This document shows, one piece after another, positions 27,365-44,202 of a DNA stretch of 64,000 nucleotides. Source of the DNA: the human T2T-CHM13v2.0 reference genome, Homo sapiens; the NCBI RefSeq assembly GCF_009914755.1, contig NC_060942.1; one strand, given 5' to 3'. How positions within the stretch are numbered: position 1 is the first letter of the stretch; every line of letters starts with the position of its first letter. Below the pieces are notes generated by a model, which made no database searches, had not been told where the DNA came from, and was given only the letters and a program-made list of their open reading frames with translations. The translations under genes were made by a program, and so were the position numbers.

Positions 27365-27856
27365 AGTGCATCCAATAGAAATATAACATGAGCCAAATAG
27401 GCAATCTTACATTTTCCAGTAGTCATATTAAAAAAGTAATTAATTTTAATAGTATGTTTTATTTAACTCAATGTATCTAAAATACGAACATTTCAACGTG
27501 TAATGAATAGAAAGATGGCAAGATATTTTGCATCCTTTTTGTGTGCTAAGTCTTCAAAATATGTTGTGTATTTTATGCTTAAAACACATTTCAGTTTGGA
27601 CTAACCATCCCAGTGGAATGCTGGAGCCAGCTCTCATTGGATTATAAGAGCTAGTTAAATTTTTGGAATTTCATGAGCTAGTTGATGGTAGGTTGAAATT
27701 GCCCACTGTGGGAGTGTTTATTCCAGAGAATTATAAAATGCTGCAATTTCTGATTGTGGTGGGGGGAGTGTTGGGGAGCATATTGTTAAACGTTTACTAG
27801 CATACCACCTCTCAATAGTCACTGTGGCTAGTGGCTACCGTATTGAATGGTGCATG
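27365..27856. mobile_element. MER33/MER3-like hAT element containing a nested MER63-like element (27611-27810)
   Basis: TCCAATAGAAATATAA...GTGGCTAGTGGCTACCGTATTG termini; inner CAGTGGAATGCTGGAGCCAGCT...TTTACTAGCATACCAC. Confidence 0.75.
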
Positions 27857-29044
27857 CCTAGATAATAAACATAATTATATATTTATTAGACCCTATTCTT
27901 AAGCATGCTTAGAACTTTCTCTAATGTTTTCTAAGTATGGTGACAAAATGGTGCCTTCCACAATGGACACCAGGAATGGTAAGCATGATTGAGCATCTAT
28001 TAGCAGCAAAAGCATCACTGTTCCACTGCTCCACACAGTCCCATGCAGGGTTCGGTCTGGGGAGAGATTGCTTCTTGTATACTTTAAGAATAAGTCTAGT
28101 TGTGAGTGCTGGCATTGTTGAAGAGACAACAATAAGAGAAGCAGATTAGCATAAAAACATGAGCAAGACACTAACTTTCTTATAATATTATAAGTAGCAG
28201 TTCTTCTGTTTTGTGAGGAAAATAGAGATTTTATGTAAAGATATTAGCTTATATATTTAAACCTCATAAAGACTTATTAAATATTATTTATTAAAGAGCA
28301 CATAATTCATTGGGTTTTAAAATTACCTAATATACTTCTAATAAATTAAATTTAAATAATTAAATCTAATTTTAGTGGAGCAGAATATGTAGAAGGTATT
28401 CTAAGGTGTTATATTCCAAAAGTCTCTGATATATGTAACAAATATATACTCTTCCATAAAACAATAATATTTTGCTTCCAGTGGGTGTGTAACTATGTGC
28501 CAGAGACTTTAAATACATATTTCAGTTGATTTACACAATGATCCTAAGTTGTGGGATTAATTATATGAATTCAAAGAGTAGAAAATTGAAGCTCAGGAAA
28601 GTTAGTGAGTTCAGCCAGCCATCAGGTAAATGGTAGATTTGAACAATGAACTGTCTTTCTTATTTCAAAGTCTGGACTTTTTCTCTAGATCGTACTGCTC
28701 CCTAGAAGTTTAATTCATGTTTATTGGATTTTTCTGTTTTCCTTCACTGGGAGGATAGGACTAAAGGAAGGTTGGAAGCCTCATGATGTTACAAATACTA
28801 AAGCCTCTTATGTTCAAATGATAAGGGTGGCAGGAACTGAGGAAGATAACAAGCTCAAACATGTAAAGCAGAATATGAGCTTTATCTTGTTCACCCTGGT
28901 ATCCCCAGTAAATATCACAGCACTAGGACAGGATGGGTACTAAATACCTATATGTAGAACAAATGTGTGCTCTTACAGAAAAACAAAATAAAACAGAAAA
29001 CAATAACAATAGCAAAACCCTTACTCTCCAGGAATGATAATGGC

Positions 29045-29275
29045 AGGTGGCATTTACCCAGCATGCACCAAACAACAGGCACTGTTCTAGAGGCTTCACT
29101 TGCATTGCCTCATTTAATCCTCACAACAATTGTATGAGGTTAAGTACAACTAATATTTCCATTTTACACATAGGGAAGGCTGAAACACATGGAAGATACA
29201 AAACTCCCATGCTACAAATATATAGCATAATTGAGATTTAAACCCAAGTAACCTGAATCCACAGTGCAACTACAT
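29045..29275 (-). mobile_element. MIR SINE
   Basis: CAGGCACTGTTCTA...CTCATTTAATCCTCACAAC...CCATTTTACA antisense MIR core. Confidence 0.75.
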
Positions 29276-29286
29276 CCTATGTCTGC

Positions 29287-29698
<412 letters not shown>

Positions 29699-32600
29699 TG
29701 ACTATGAAGAAGAGATATATGTGATTTCATATATTAGTTCAATATTAATTTGCCATACTAGAAGTAAGAAATGATTGTGGAGAAAGAAATCACTTCTCAC
29801 TCTCAAACTATGGAAGATAGCAGAGTTGGAACTTAGGTTATTGAAGGATAAGTGGGATTTGTATAAACAATGGAAAGTTAAGGCATATCTAGCCAGAGAA
29901 AACAGCATGAATAAATACACGAGAAACAAGCTCTAAATCCTATAAGGGCCTGCAAATTTTGGAAATGTTGGAGTGGACAATAGCAGTGGAAAAGTGGTTA
30001 TGGGTGAGAGCAGGCTTAAGTCTACCTCATATGCAGTGAGGAATTCAATTTTCCACACATTAGGCACTCCTATTCATGGAACCTCCATCACAGGCAATAT
30101 GAGGATTTTAACACCTCCAGGAAGGTATTAATATTCTAGTGTGCTATATGACCAATAACTCTAACATAATGTAAAGTAAGGTAAGTGGTCTAGCAAGCAA
30201 AGTGATGTGGAAGAAAAGAAGAACATGGGAGTTTAAAGAGGGAGATGCATATGGTTCTGAAGACTGTAGGAAAGGCTTCACAGATTATGCTGTATTTGGA
30301 GAACATCATTTGGTTTGTTAATGTATCATATGTTATGTGATGAGGAACGATGGTAAATGACACTAGAAAGATCAGTTGAGATCATAGTGTGGAGAATGGC
30401 AAATGCCAAGTGTGAGGAACTTTATTTTATCAATAGCAAGTGAGTAGGTAGCCTTGATGGGTTGTGAAGAGCCTAGAATTACATTTCCATTTTAGGAAAA
30501 TAAATCTGACAGTTATAATGGGACGAAGAATAATAGAGGGATTTGTAGGCTGGAATTAATGTTGGTGGTTATTCTAGAAGGTTGAGCTAGCGATAATGAC
30601 ATTTGCAGATAAGATAGTGGCAGTAGATATAGAAAGAAGAGGATGTGTGAAAGTACTTTGGCTACTAAAAAAATTGTTCTCAGTATAATGAGGACAAAAA
30701 CAGGATTTGAGAGCAGGGAAATGGCAAAATCAAAAGTATATGACTTAGAAATTCTCTTGCTCTGTTCTGAATCCTTTAATATGTGCTGAGATTCAGAGAA
30801 AACAGGAATGGTGAAAGTTTAAGAGTTTAGGGATGGCAGATAGTATCTATAACATTTGCCTTCTTTTGAGCAGTCAGAAAGAAAGTTGATTGCATAATAT
30901 AGGTGTGGGGACAAGGGAAAGCCATTTTTCCAAGATATTGTGTGAGAATAAATTAAACAATTCATCTTTTAAAAGGTGATATCACTGTATTCACTAGCAG
31001 AAATGCTACATAAATGTTATATTCGTTTTTTTCTCGGTCTACTTTAGCCATCAAAGTATTTTGCAGGGTAGACCTCATGTCTGGATAAACTAATATTGCC
31101 ACTTCTCATATAATCTGTGCTGAAGGATCTCTTTCTTTTTTATAAAATTTTCTGCCCATCACTGACCAATACTGGAAATTCATACACAAAATAAAATGAA
31201 TAAAAAACTGACATATAACTTCAAACCCCAATTTATTATTATTTCATTCAATAGACACCAAATTACTCCATTGGATTGCTAAAAAATTCTAAATTACTCC
31301 ATTGAATAGCTATAAAACTTTCTAAATAGTTTCAATCTCTGAGCTTGTCTCATCCTATCAGTAACAAACATCTCAGGCACCAGCACCTCCCTGCACTGCC
31401 CATGCTTCCCATCACTCTGGTGTTTTCATTGCTACAATGTGATTTCAGAGATTTTAGAAAGACTCTGAGGTTCTCTTTCATCCTGTTCTAATACTCTAAT
31501 TCTACTTTGCCTATCTTCTGCATATTTTGAGGGAAAATATTACACTTTTTGCCATCTATATTTTTAGCTTAAGGAATAAGTGAAAACCCACATACCTTTG
31601 CAATGACACATACTTTGTACCACCCTCATGTATACTTTGCTGAGAAGAAGTGTAATTAATGACTGATGGATAAAAAGAAAACAAGACAATGCCACTACCC
31701 TACACAAGCAAACACTCAAGCCTGTGTTGCTTTTTCACTATCTACCAAATTATCTTTCAGCCTTTTCCTTCTTATGTTACTTCCATTTAACAAGCTCCCC
31801 ATTTTCCCCCACTTATTAGAATTTTATCCTACTTAAATGCCTCAACCAAGTCCTAGCTCCTTCATGAATACAACCATGGCCCAATGCAACTCATAATCAT
31901 CTCACCCTTCTCTGACATTTTTAGATTGACTATATTCTCACTTGGTATTATTTGTAATATATTGCCTAGTGCTTTTTCTTGCTCAATTATTATTTTCTCT
32001 ATTAAAAAATACATATTTCCTACACATATTTAAAATTTTCTTTTTACATACATATATGCACACAGAGGAACAATATTAATAATAAATCAAACAACTTTCA
32101 AAGAACAACCAGGTAAGAAAAAAAAATTACTAAGAGTATGCAGAAGCCCCCGCATGCATCAGCATTTACATCCTCCTACCTTTACCCAAGAGACAACTGA
32201 TATCCTGATCTTTGTGATAATTAATCTCTTTCTTTTCTGGATAACTTTTCTACCAATGAAAATATTTACAAATGAATTATTAAATATGTACAAATATACG
32301 CACATAAATTTATGTATATATTTTAAAATATAAATATATTCCTATCATTATATAAGTATACATACATATATATGTACTGTGTATATTTACATATTTTAAC
32401 AGTTCTGTTTTTTATGCACCTAATAGGAATTAAATCATGCTGTAGGCATTGTTCTTTCCTCAGTGTTGTATTTATTATATTAATCCACGTTAATTTGGGT
32501 GGCTTAGGTCATTTACTTTCACTACTCTATAGAAATTATGTGCATGAATACATAATTTACTATCTATTATATTGTGGATGAATTTTTGGTTGTTTCCAAA

Positions 32601-34230
32601 CCAAATTTTTGCTGTTGTATACAATGATTCTGTAGACACACGTGCAATTTCTCCTGGTACACATGAAGTATTCTATAGTATAGAACCATGGGTGAGATTG
32701 CTGCATTGCAGGGCATGAGCATGTTTCATTTAACTAGATAGTGCCAAACTTTTATCACATTAGTTGTACCAATTTATACCTTCTCCAGCAGTGTATGACA
32801 GTTCCCATTGATCCATAGACTAGACATCATTTGGTGTGATAGATGTTACTAGCGCCCATCAATATTTCCGGGACACCTCTTCTTTCAGGGGACAACAAGG
32901 CTGATCACAATTCCTCACCTCTTTAAAGCTAAGCAAAAGCATGTGACCATGTGACTTAGTCTTTTCTTTGGACAATGGCATTCATTTCTGGACAGAAGCA
33001 TTGAAAGACCTTGTAATTCTCCATGTTCTTTTCCTTCTGAGACAAGTCCAGATGGCAGTGTCACAATATGGTGAAACTTCTTTCAACCTTATTTACCATA
33101 GCTTTATAATGAGCTGTGATAGATAATGAGTCCCCAACCTCAATCTCTCTCTTTAAAACATTTGTCTGTTCTTGATCTTTGACCTTACAAATATATTTTA
33201 GGATCAATTTGTCAAATTCCATGGTTAAGTCTGTTGGAATTTAGATTAGAGTAACAGTGAACTTATAGGTCAATATGGAAGAGAACTGAAATCTTTACAG
33301 TATTTTATCTCCTAATGTAGAATCCAAGAACAGAGAATTTTCCTTTTTTTAGGTCTCATTTAGTGTTTTTCAATCAGGTTTTATAATTTTCTTCATAAAG
33401 TGTTTGCAACACGTTTGGTAGTTTTGTCTTAAGGTACTTCATATTTTTGATGCTACTGTTAAGTGCTAATTTTTAGATTTTTCTTTTTTTTCTAGGTATT
33501 TGTTTTTAACATATAGTTATATAATTTATTTTCTTGTGGAATAATGGAATAATTTTGTGCCAGCAAGCTTGTTAAATTTTCCTATTAATGTCAACATTTT
33601 ACTTGCAGTCTCTTTTGGGCTTTTTAATACAACAAATATATTACCAATAATTGTCCTTTGTTCTTTCCAGACTTTATGCCTTTTATTTTAATTTTTTAAA
33701 TTCATTGTTATACTGGCTAAATAGAAGTTGTGATAAAAGTCATATCACAAAGGATTTTCCTCAAAGAAAATGCTTTCAGTGCAGCTACATAAATCATAAT
33801 AATACATTTGTTTTATGAGGTTTTCCTTCTTCTTTCTCTCTCTGTCTCTGTCCTTCCTTTCTAGATACCTGTATCAGGGTAAAAAATTTTCTCCTTTTCA
33901 TAGTTGACCAAGATTTTTTTCACTGTGAATATAGGTTGGTCTCTAATAAATATTTCTCCAGATTTTTTTGAAGAGGTCTTATAATCATTTTTAATTGTGT
34001 ATTCAGTAATTCATATTAATTTTAACTAACATAAATTAATTAATGTTAAATCAACCTTTAATTGTTATGATAACCCAACTTGGTCATAGTTTTCATTCTT
34101 CTCATGTCTTGTTATATTCAGTTCATTAACAATTTGCCTTAGATAGTAGTTATATTTATAAGTCATTTTGGGCATATTTTTCATTCACATAATCTCCTTG
34201 CCAAGATTTTGTATCAAGCTAATTCTAGAC

Positions 34231-34440
34231 CAGCAGCTCTCATCTGGGACTTATTTTTGCCTCCCAGGTATCACTTGGCAATACCCAGAGATACTTTTGA
34301 TTGTCACAACTTGTGGTGAAGGTACTACTGGCATTTAGTGAGTAGAAGTCAGGAATGGTGATAAATATCCTATATTGTACAGGACAGCATTCCAAAACAG
34401 ATCATTATCTGGCCAAAAATGTTAATAGTGAGAAATACTG
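34231..34440 (+). mobile_element. MER20
   Basis: TTTTGCCTCCCAGG...TTGTCACAAC...ACTGGCATTTAGTGAGTAGA...GAGAAATACTG. Confidence 0.85.
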
Positions 34441-35335
34441 TTCTATCTTCATAAAAATTGCATAATCTAAAATTGAAATTACATGTTTTATAGACCTCAC
34501 CAATGAAAACATAGAGGCTATATCATATAAAGATACCATCTCACACCAGTTAGAATGGCATACGTAAGAGTTTTTTTGTGAAAATATGTTTGACCTTCTG
34601 TTTTTTAATGGTTATAGAACAGGTTAGGTTTCTTTTGGGGGAAGTTTTAGTAAATCATATTTTCCTGATAATTTGTTTGTTTCATCTAATATTTAAAATT
34701 TATTGTCTAAAGATGTTTATTCTATAGCTTAAGAACTTTTAAATATCTACAGTACCTGTAGTGATGTCTGCTTTTTATATTTCATATTTTTTCATTTGTC
34801 CCTAATATGTTTTTGTTTGTTTGCTTCTCTTGTCAATATAACTAAAGTTTCTCTGTTTTATCAGTTTTTCAAAAAACTGTGGATCTTTTTTTGCATATTT
34901 ATTTTCCATTTCATTGTCTTTTTACTTATGTTTATTTCCTGTTTACTATCCTTTTAAGGTTAATTTTTCTGTTTTTTAAAAGTTCTTAAGATAGATACTT
35001 GGTTCACTAGAGTTAAAACGTTATATTTTCTACTATAAGTATTTTAAGGCTATAGCTCTCCCTCTGGTTTTTCTTATAGTTGCATGCTATTTATACTTAT
35101 ACATTTTTAGTGAGCTTGAAAATATTATGTGTTCCGTAACTGGTGTATAGTATCAACTATATCTCGGTAGCTCCAGTATATACTAATTATACTATTAAAG
35201 TCTTCTACATCATTAACTCTTTTTTGTGATTTATATAAAATACATGTTATCTCTCATTGTGATTGTGAATTGCCAATTTCTTCTTGAAGATATCTCAGTT
35301 ATTTCTATACATATTGAGACTGAATTATTAGTTAA

Positions 35336-37492
<2,157 letters not shown>

Positions 37493-38015
37493 ATTATTGT
37501 ACTTATGGGTGAATTTAACTTATTGTTATTAATATTATGAACTACCTATATCTAGTAATGCTTTTGCTTAAAAGTATATAGTGATAGGAAAAACATTCCT
37601 ATCTGTTTACCCAGCCACTGCGCCTGGCCTATTTCGTTAAGTTTTAAACTTATTACAAATCATAGGTGGTTGGATTCTTTTCAGTTTGGTTGATTTTTTT
37701 GAATTAACTGTTTATTACTTTAATTGGAATATAATATTTGATATATTGGAATTTGGATCAAGCATCTTATTTCAAGCTTCCCATTGCCAAAATATTTTGT
37801 GCCACGTTTTCCTTCCTTTCTGCTTTTTGGAATTGTTGAGATTAATTTTTTCCTTTCATGTTTGCTGCTAGCAGCTGGGAAGTATTGTATTGATTTATTT
37901 AGTAGTTACCCTAGAAATTGAAACATACTTTACTTAGGAAAAGTCTAAAATTGTTCAGTATCATTAGCATCCTTCTAAATAATAGAGGACTTAAAAACAT
38001 ATAAACTACTTTTAG

Positions 38016-38332
<317 letters not shown>

Positions 38333-39189
38333 GACTTTGTGCATTTTATAAGCCAATATCATCAAACATGACTATGTTAAGCAGTTAATGTTTGTTTAAA
38401 TTCACTAACAAATTTATCACATTAGTGTCCATCATTTTTTTCATCTCAGATTTGATTGTCCATCTGTTATCACTTTGCTCATTATATACTATTTACTATT
38501 TATTTATTTATCTTTAGTCAGGATCTGTTGATGTAAATTCAGCTTACATGTTTCAGAAAATATCTTCATATTGCTATGATAAGATATTTTTACTCGGCAT
38601 AGAACTTTTGGTTGACATTCCTTTTTTCTCTGGGCATATTGAAGATATTATTCCACTGTGTTTAACTTTTAGTTTTGCCAATGAGATGTCAGCTGTCAAT
38701 GTGTTATTTCCTGGAAGATAATTTCTCTTTCTCTCTTTCTCCCTAGCTGTTTTTTCTCTTTATCATTGGAGTTTTGTGTTTTTATTCTATTATGTTTATA
38801 TTGTTTAGTATTCATTAGATTTGTTAAAGATATATATAGATACACACACACACAAACACATATAGGTACACATACACACACATATAGATGTCTTTCTTCG
38901 ATTCTGGAGAATTCTCAGCCATTTTTATTAAAATATTGTCTCTGCCACTTTTTCTTTTCTTCTCTGGAATAAACATAGATATTTTTCTCTTTAGCCTCTG
39001 TGTATCTTAGAGTCCTTTTATATTTTCCATCATTCTGCCTCCTTTTACTTTATTCCTGATAATTTCTCAGATCCCCGCTCCACTTTGATAATTTTCTCTT
39101 CTGTTTTGCACACTAATGTTTTAAGTTTCAAATAATGTATTTTTTAATTTCTGCAATTTCTATTTGCTGCTGCAAAATCTTCTGTGTTT

Positions 39190-39304
39190 ACATGTGCCAT
39201 GCTGGTGCGCTGCACCCACTATGTATACATATGTAACTAACCTGCACAATGTGCACATGTACCCTAAAACTTAAAGTATAATAAAAAAAATAAATAAAAT
39301 AAAA
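39190..39304 (+). mobile_element. Very short young L1 (L1PA2/pre-Ta-type 3' end) with 5' inversion
   Basis: Inverted 31 bp plus sense ATGTATACATATGTAACTAACCTGCACAATG...ACTTAAAGTATAAT, A-tail, perfect 16-bp TSD AAAATCTTCTGTGTTT. Confidence 0.92.
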
Positions 39305-40402
39305 AAAATCTTCTGTGTTTTTCTTCAAGGATGTTTGTTCTCTGCACATATTCAAGCTTGCATTTTATTTTGTCTTAAAATTAAGCAGTTATTTTTTACT
39401 TTACCTACTGCCTAGTTATTTTGCTTTTGGTTATATTTTATTTTGACTTTAGAATGTACATTTGGTTTTGTATGCTTCTATTTCTTTATTGAAACTTCCT
39501 GTTACTTAAGTTGTTGTTATCACATCTTTCCTTTAATTCACTCAATATAGTTTTCTTTAATTCTTTTACTAAATTTATGATAATTGCTTAAAATCTTTGC
39601 CTGCTAAATTCATTATTTGTGTCCCCTTGCAGTTAAATTTATAATGGCTGATTTTTCCCTGAGCGGTGTAGATCATTCTTTTTATTTCTTTGCCTGATAT
39701 ATACGCACTTTGCTAACTGGACAAACCTAGTCAACCAGGAATGTGTGAAGAGCTTATCTCATCTCTTCTGTGGCTCTCACAGGATCACCCCATTAAATAT
39801 ATGATGGCCCACTGCCCACCCCCATCAGCATCATAAACTTTGGCTCGCAGAACTGTAGGTTTTTCTCATTTGTTTGGTAGCAAGTTTGTTACTTTCACTG
39901 ACAACACTACTGTGCATGTTCACCCTCCATTTAAAATTGGGCCTACCCTTGCTGGAAGACACAGCCCTAGTTTTCCTGGCCAGCCCACGCTGGTAACTCT
40001 ACTGTTTTTGTTGCAGGAGGTGGTAGAGGGTGGATGGCAGCAGCTCCATGCAAAAGAATTGTAGACTCTGCAGCTCCTACTCAAAGTTCTAGCAACTTCT
40101 CATGACTAGCCAATGCTCAGGTTTTGTTGTTTTTCTTTGATAAATTGCCAGAGCAGCAAAATGGTTGTTTTGACCATTTGGACCAATTTGACTATTGCTT
40201 TTAGGGGTGGTAATTCACCATAATCTTCATTCTACCATAGTCTTACATTAGATATCAAAGTTACTGTAAAAGTAAATAGTTATTCTGTAAACTCATTCTA
40301 GTTATTTCTAGATCTGAAATCTTTACAGTTCTTTTAAAACCCTCTGTTCATTTCTGCTGGTTCTTGCTCATGGTATCTTGTATATTTAAAAAATGTATTT
40401 TT

Positions 40403-40721
<319 letters not shown>

Positions 40722-43589
40722 TTAAATATTTCTTGGAGGAAATTATTTGAGGCCTTAGATGAAGATTGTTTCTTCCAAAGAAGATTTGCTTTTGCTTTTA
40801 TTGGATATCTGAAGGCACTACCAGTCTAGTGCTACTCAGAGTTAAGTTTTTGCCTGAGGTATTTATGATTCATGAATGGTATGAATTTGGGATATAAATC
40901 TATGTAAGGGCTGATTTGCACATCCTGGTTTCAGTGAGTATTTTCTCCATTCTGCTCTTCATCAGTGCTGATAAGTGTTTACCCTCAAGGTGGATGGGAA
41001 AAGGGTTTGGTTACCATGCCAACTTACAGTGTGGATGTAGTTGTGTGGGCACCTCCTTTTAGATTCTAAACTAGGGTAGATTCTGGACTTGTTGTTTTCT
41101 GTTCAGTCTATAAGATCCATCTATAGGATCTAAAGTTCAGCAAATTGGCAAATGGTAAAAGCCGACTTCAAGTTCTCTTTTTAATTCTTTGAGTTCTTAT
41201 TTTACTCTTTTCTTTTTGCATAAGAGTATCTTACACTTTTGTGACATCTTGGATGAATTTTAGAAACTGTGTATGTATTTGTATTTGTAGTTATAATCCA
41301 GGATTTTTACTGTGTCAGTGGCAGGATCAATGCAACTCTCTACTCTACCATATTATTGGAGTCTTGCCTTTTCTACAAAAGGAAAAGCAAATGAAAAGAT
41401 CTATGTTTTTAACTACTCACCTAAAATGCCTAGTATAATCTCTTATGTGTAATTGACATTCAGTATACATTTTAAAATACAAGAACTCTTTTTACTTCTT
41501 ATAGTCAGCAAAATATAACTTTAACATCAATGTATAATGTATTTTATTGTAGATAATCTAGTGTCACTTTTACATGATTCTTAAATGGCCTCATGAACAT
41601 TTCTATCATAAGCACTTATAGCCTCTGCTTCTGTTTGTGAATAACTCCAGTGATCTGTAACTCCTTTCCTTCTTTAGGGGCCAGTTCTATTTCTAGTCTG
41701 TTCTACTTTTTGGGAAATTCCATTTATGCTGATCTGAAAAACCCTGTAAGAAAGATGTGATATACATAAATATCTGCATTTCAAAGCAATGCATACATGC
41801 AATTGGTAAGATAAGAACTAAGTGCAGAGGCCAGAGAAGGCCCATTCTGGTTGAGATGATTAAGAAAAGTACAGTGGAGAAAGGATGAAGTTTGGTATTA
41901 AAAGATAAAAGGGACTTCAATAGAGAAGACAGACACAGAAAGGGCAGGTCAATGAGTGAAAGCAGTGGAAGAGTGTAGTGGTAGAAAAATGTTACTCATG
42001 TTTGGAAAATTTTAAGTAATGTGAAAAATTTTGTGTAGGGTAAAGTTAGAAAGGTAGTTCCAACTCTTCTGGAATGAACTTCATAGAGAACTTCAAAAGT
42101 TTCCAAAAATTGTTGTTGTTGTTTCTTACAGTAGAAGGGTCTGCTTTAATAATACTAATTACCTATTGCTGTATAAAATACATTAGATCATTGAGAGTCT
42201 GAAAGCAAGAAAATGTATTAGGCATAGTTATCGAAGTCTGAGCTTGAAGTTAGCAAAAATTGGATAGAGGCACTTGTACTGAGAATTGAAGTAAAGAAAT
42301 GGATTTAGGAAATACCATTGTAGAGGACATGTCTTGAATCCTCATTAGATGTAGAAAGGATAAAGAGAAAAAACAGTAAAATTTAACTGGGATTCTGGGA
42401 GGAGTAACAAGAAAACATATTGTCTCACAGCTAGAGAATATAAACTTGGAAATATTTTGAGAGTGACGATGATGAATTCAGCTTTTAGATATGCTGAGTT
42501 AAAGACACATAGATGAGAATGTCCACTTCTTCTGTAAGAAGACATATAAGACTGTAATCCATGACAGAGGTATGTCTAAGATGAAATGCTTGGGAATCCT
42601 CTATATGGACATGATAGATGAAGCCAAAGAGAACAATGAAATGAGTCATGTCAAGTTATTTGATACTTAAAAAAGTATATAAGTATTTTAGTAGTGTGAC
42701 CACTTGTGTCTGGAAATTTTGAAAAGCACAAAGATCTACGATGATTTATTTAACTCTACACTGATCAGTAGGAAGCTTTTGACATGGGGAATTGTGCTAG
42801 TGAGTATTTGGAAGCAAGAAGTGTATTCAGCAAGGATTTACAAGATCATTAGACTTTCATTTTGCAGATTCAATCAGATCTGTTCAATATACTCTCCTGT
42901 TGGCATAATTGGTTTCCTGAGGACTTGCTACATGTAGATGCACAGTTTTGCATTCCAGCAATGTTCTGCATTCCTTCTGGACTCTCTTGTTTTGAGGATC
43001 CCTTTAAAGAGCTAAAACTTCAGGAACTTCTTCTACTTGTTTCTTCAAAGTCAGGATGAGAGACAGAATAGAGCGTACAGCCATAATGGTTTTTCCCTAG
43101 GTTCTTCTCTCATACTAAGCTCTTTATGGTACGATGTGCCTCTCAAAAAGAATGCAAATCTAATAGCATTGCACCACTCTGAAAGAAGGATGAGGAGAAG
43201 GCAGAAGAGCTGCAAAGAGAAAAACAATCCTGATACTTTTATTATTCTCATCAGAGGAGCATATTTTCTAGAGTAACCTAATTTTGTATCTTTGGTTCTT
43301 GGCAGATAGTAATGTCCTGGGCTCCTGGAAGTAGAAGGTAGATGGATATAGAGATAATAGGGATACAGATAGAGATTGAGAGATATTACTTACCTGTATG
43401 ACTATGTGTTAGGGAAATAGCAGTGTTGAGAAAATGTATCGGTTGATGCTGTGAGTAAGTAGTTGACAAAATTGGCTGCCTCTTGGAGTAATTTGCATAG
43501 CTCTTCAAACAATAATCACATGGACGACATTTCTGAAGAGTCTAACTCAGTAGGTCTAAACAAGGGTACTCCCTGTGGACAAGGTCTTG

Positions 43590-44202
43590 CCTTGTCCACA
43601 GGGAGTACATTCCAAGACCCTCAGTGGATGCATGAAACTATGAATAGGACTGAGACAATATGTACTATGCATTAACTTCTTTTTCCTTCTTCACAGTTTC
43701 ATGGATAGTAGAAGATTTGTTCTTATGTGGATCTTAGCAACATCAGCATTTGATGTTTTTTCTTTCCTTATTAAGTTGAGGACATTCACTTTTTCATGTA
43801 AAGAAAGCACTTAGCAACTTCTCTTTGGCATATCTGAATTGCTAGCATCACTACTCTTGTGCTTTGGGGACATTATTAAGTAAAATAAGGGTTACTTAAA
43901 TACAAACACTGAGATACCTACAGTGTTAATCTGATAAATGAGACAGCTACTAAGTGACTAACGGGCAGATAGAATAGACAGCATGGATATGCTGGACACA
44001 GACGATTCTCATCTCAGGCGGGATGGAGTGGAAAGGAGAAGGACTTTGTGAGATTTCATCACACTACTCAAAATGATTCACAATTCAAGACTTAGAAAGT
44101 GTTTATTTCTGGAATTTTTCATTAATATTTATAAGCTGCAGTTTACCACAGGTAACTGAAACCGTGGGAAGAAAAACCATGGATAAGCAGAGGACTCCTG
44201 TA
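43590..44202 (+). mobile_element. MER82 (TcMar-Tigger) with a rearranged left end
   Basis: TTCCAAGACCCTCAGTGGATG...CTACTAAGTGACTAACGGGCAG...CCATGGATAAGCAGAGGACTCCTGTA. Confidence 0.8.
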
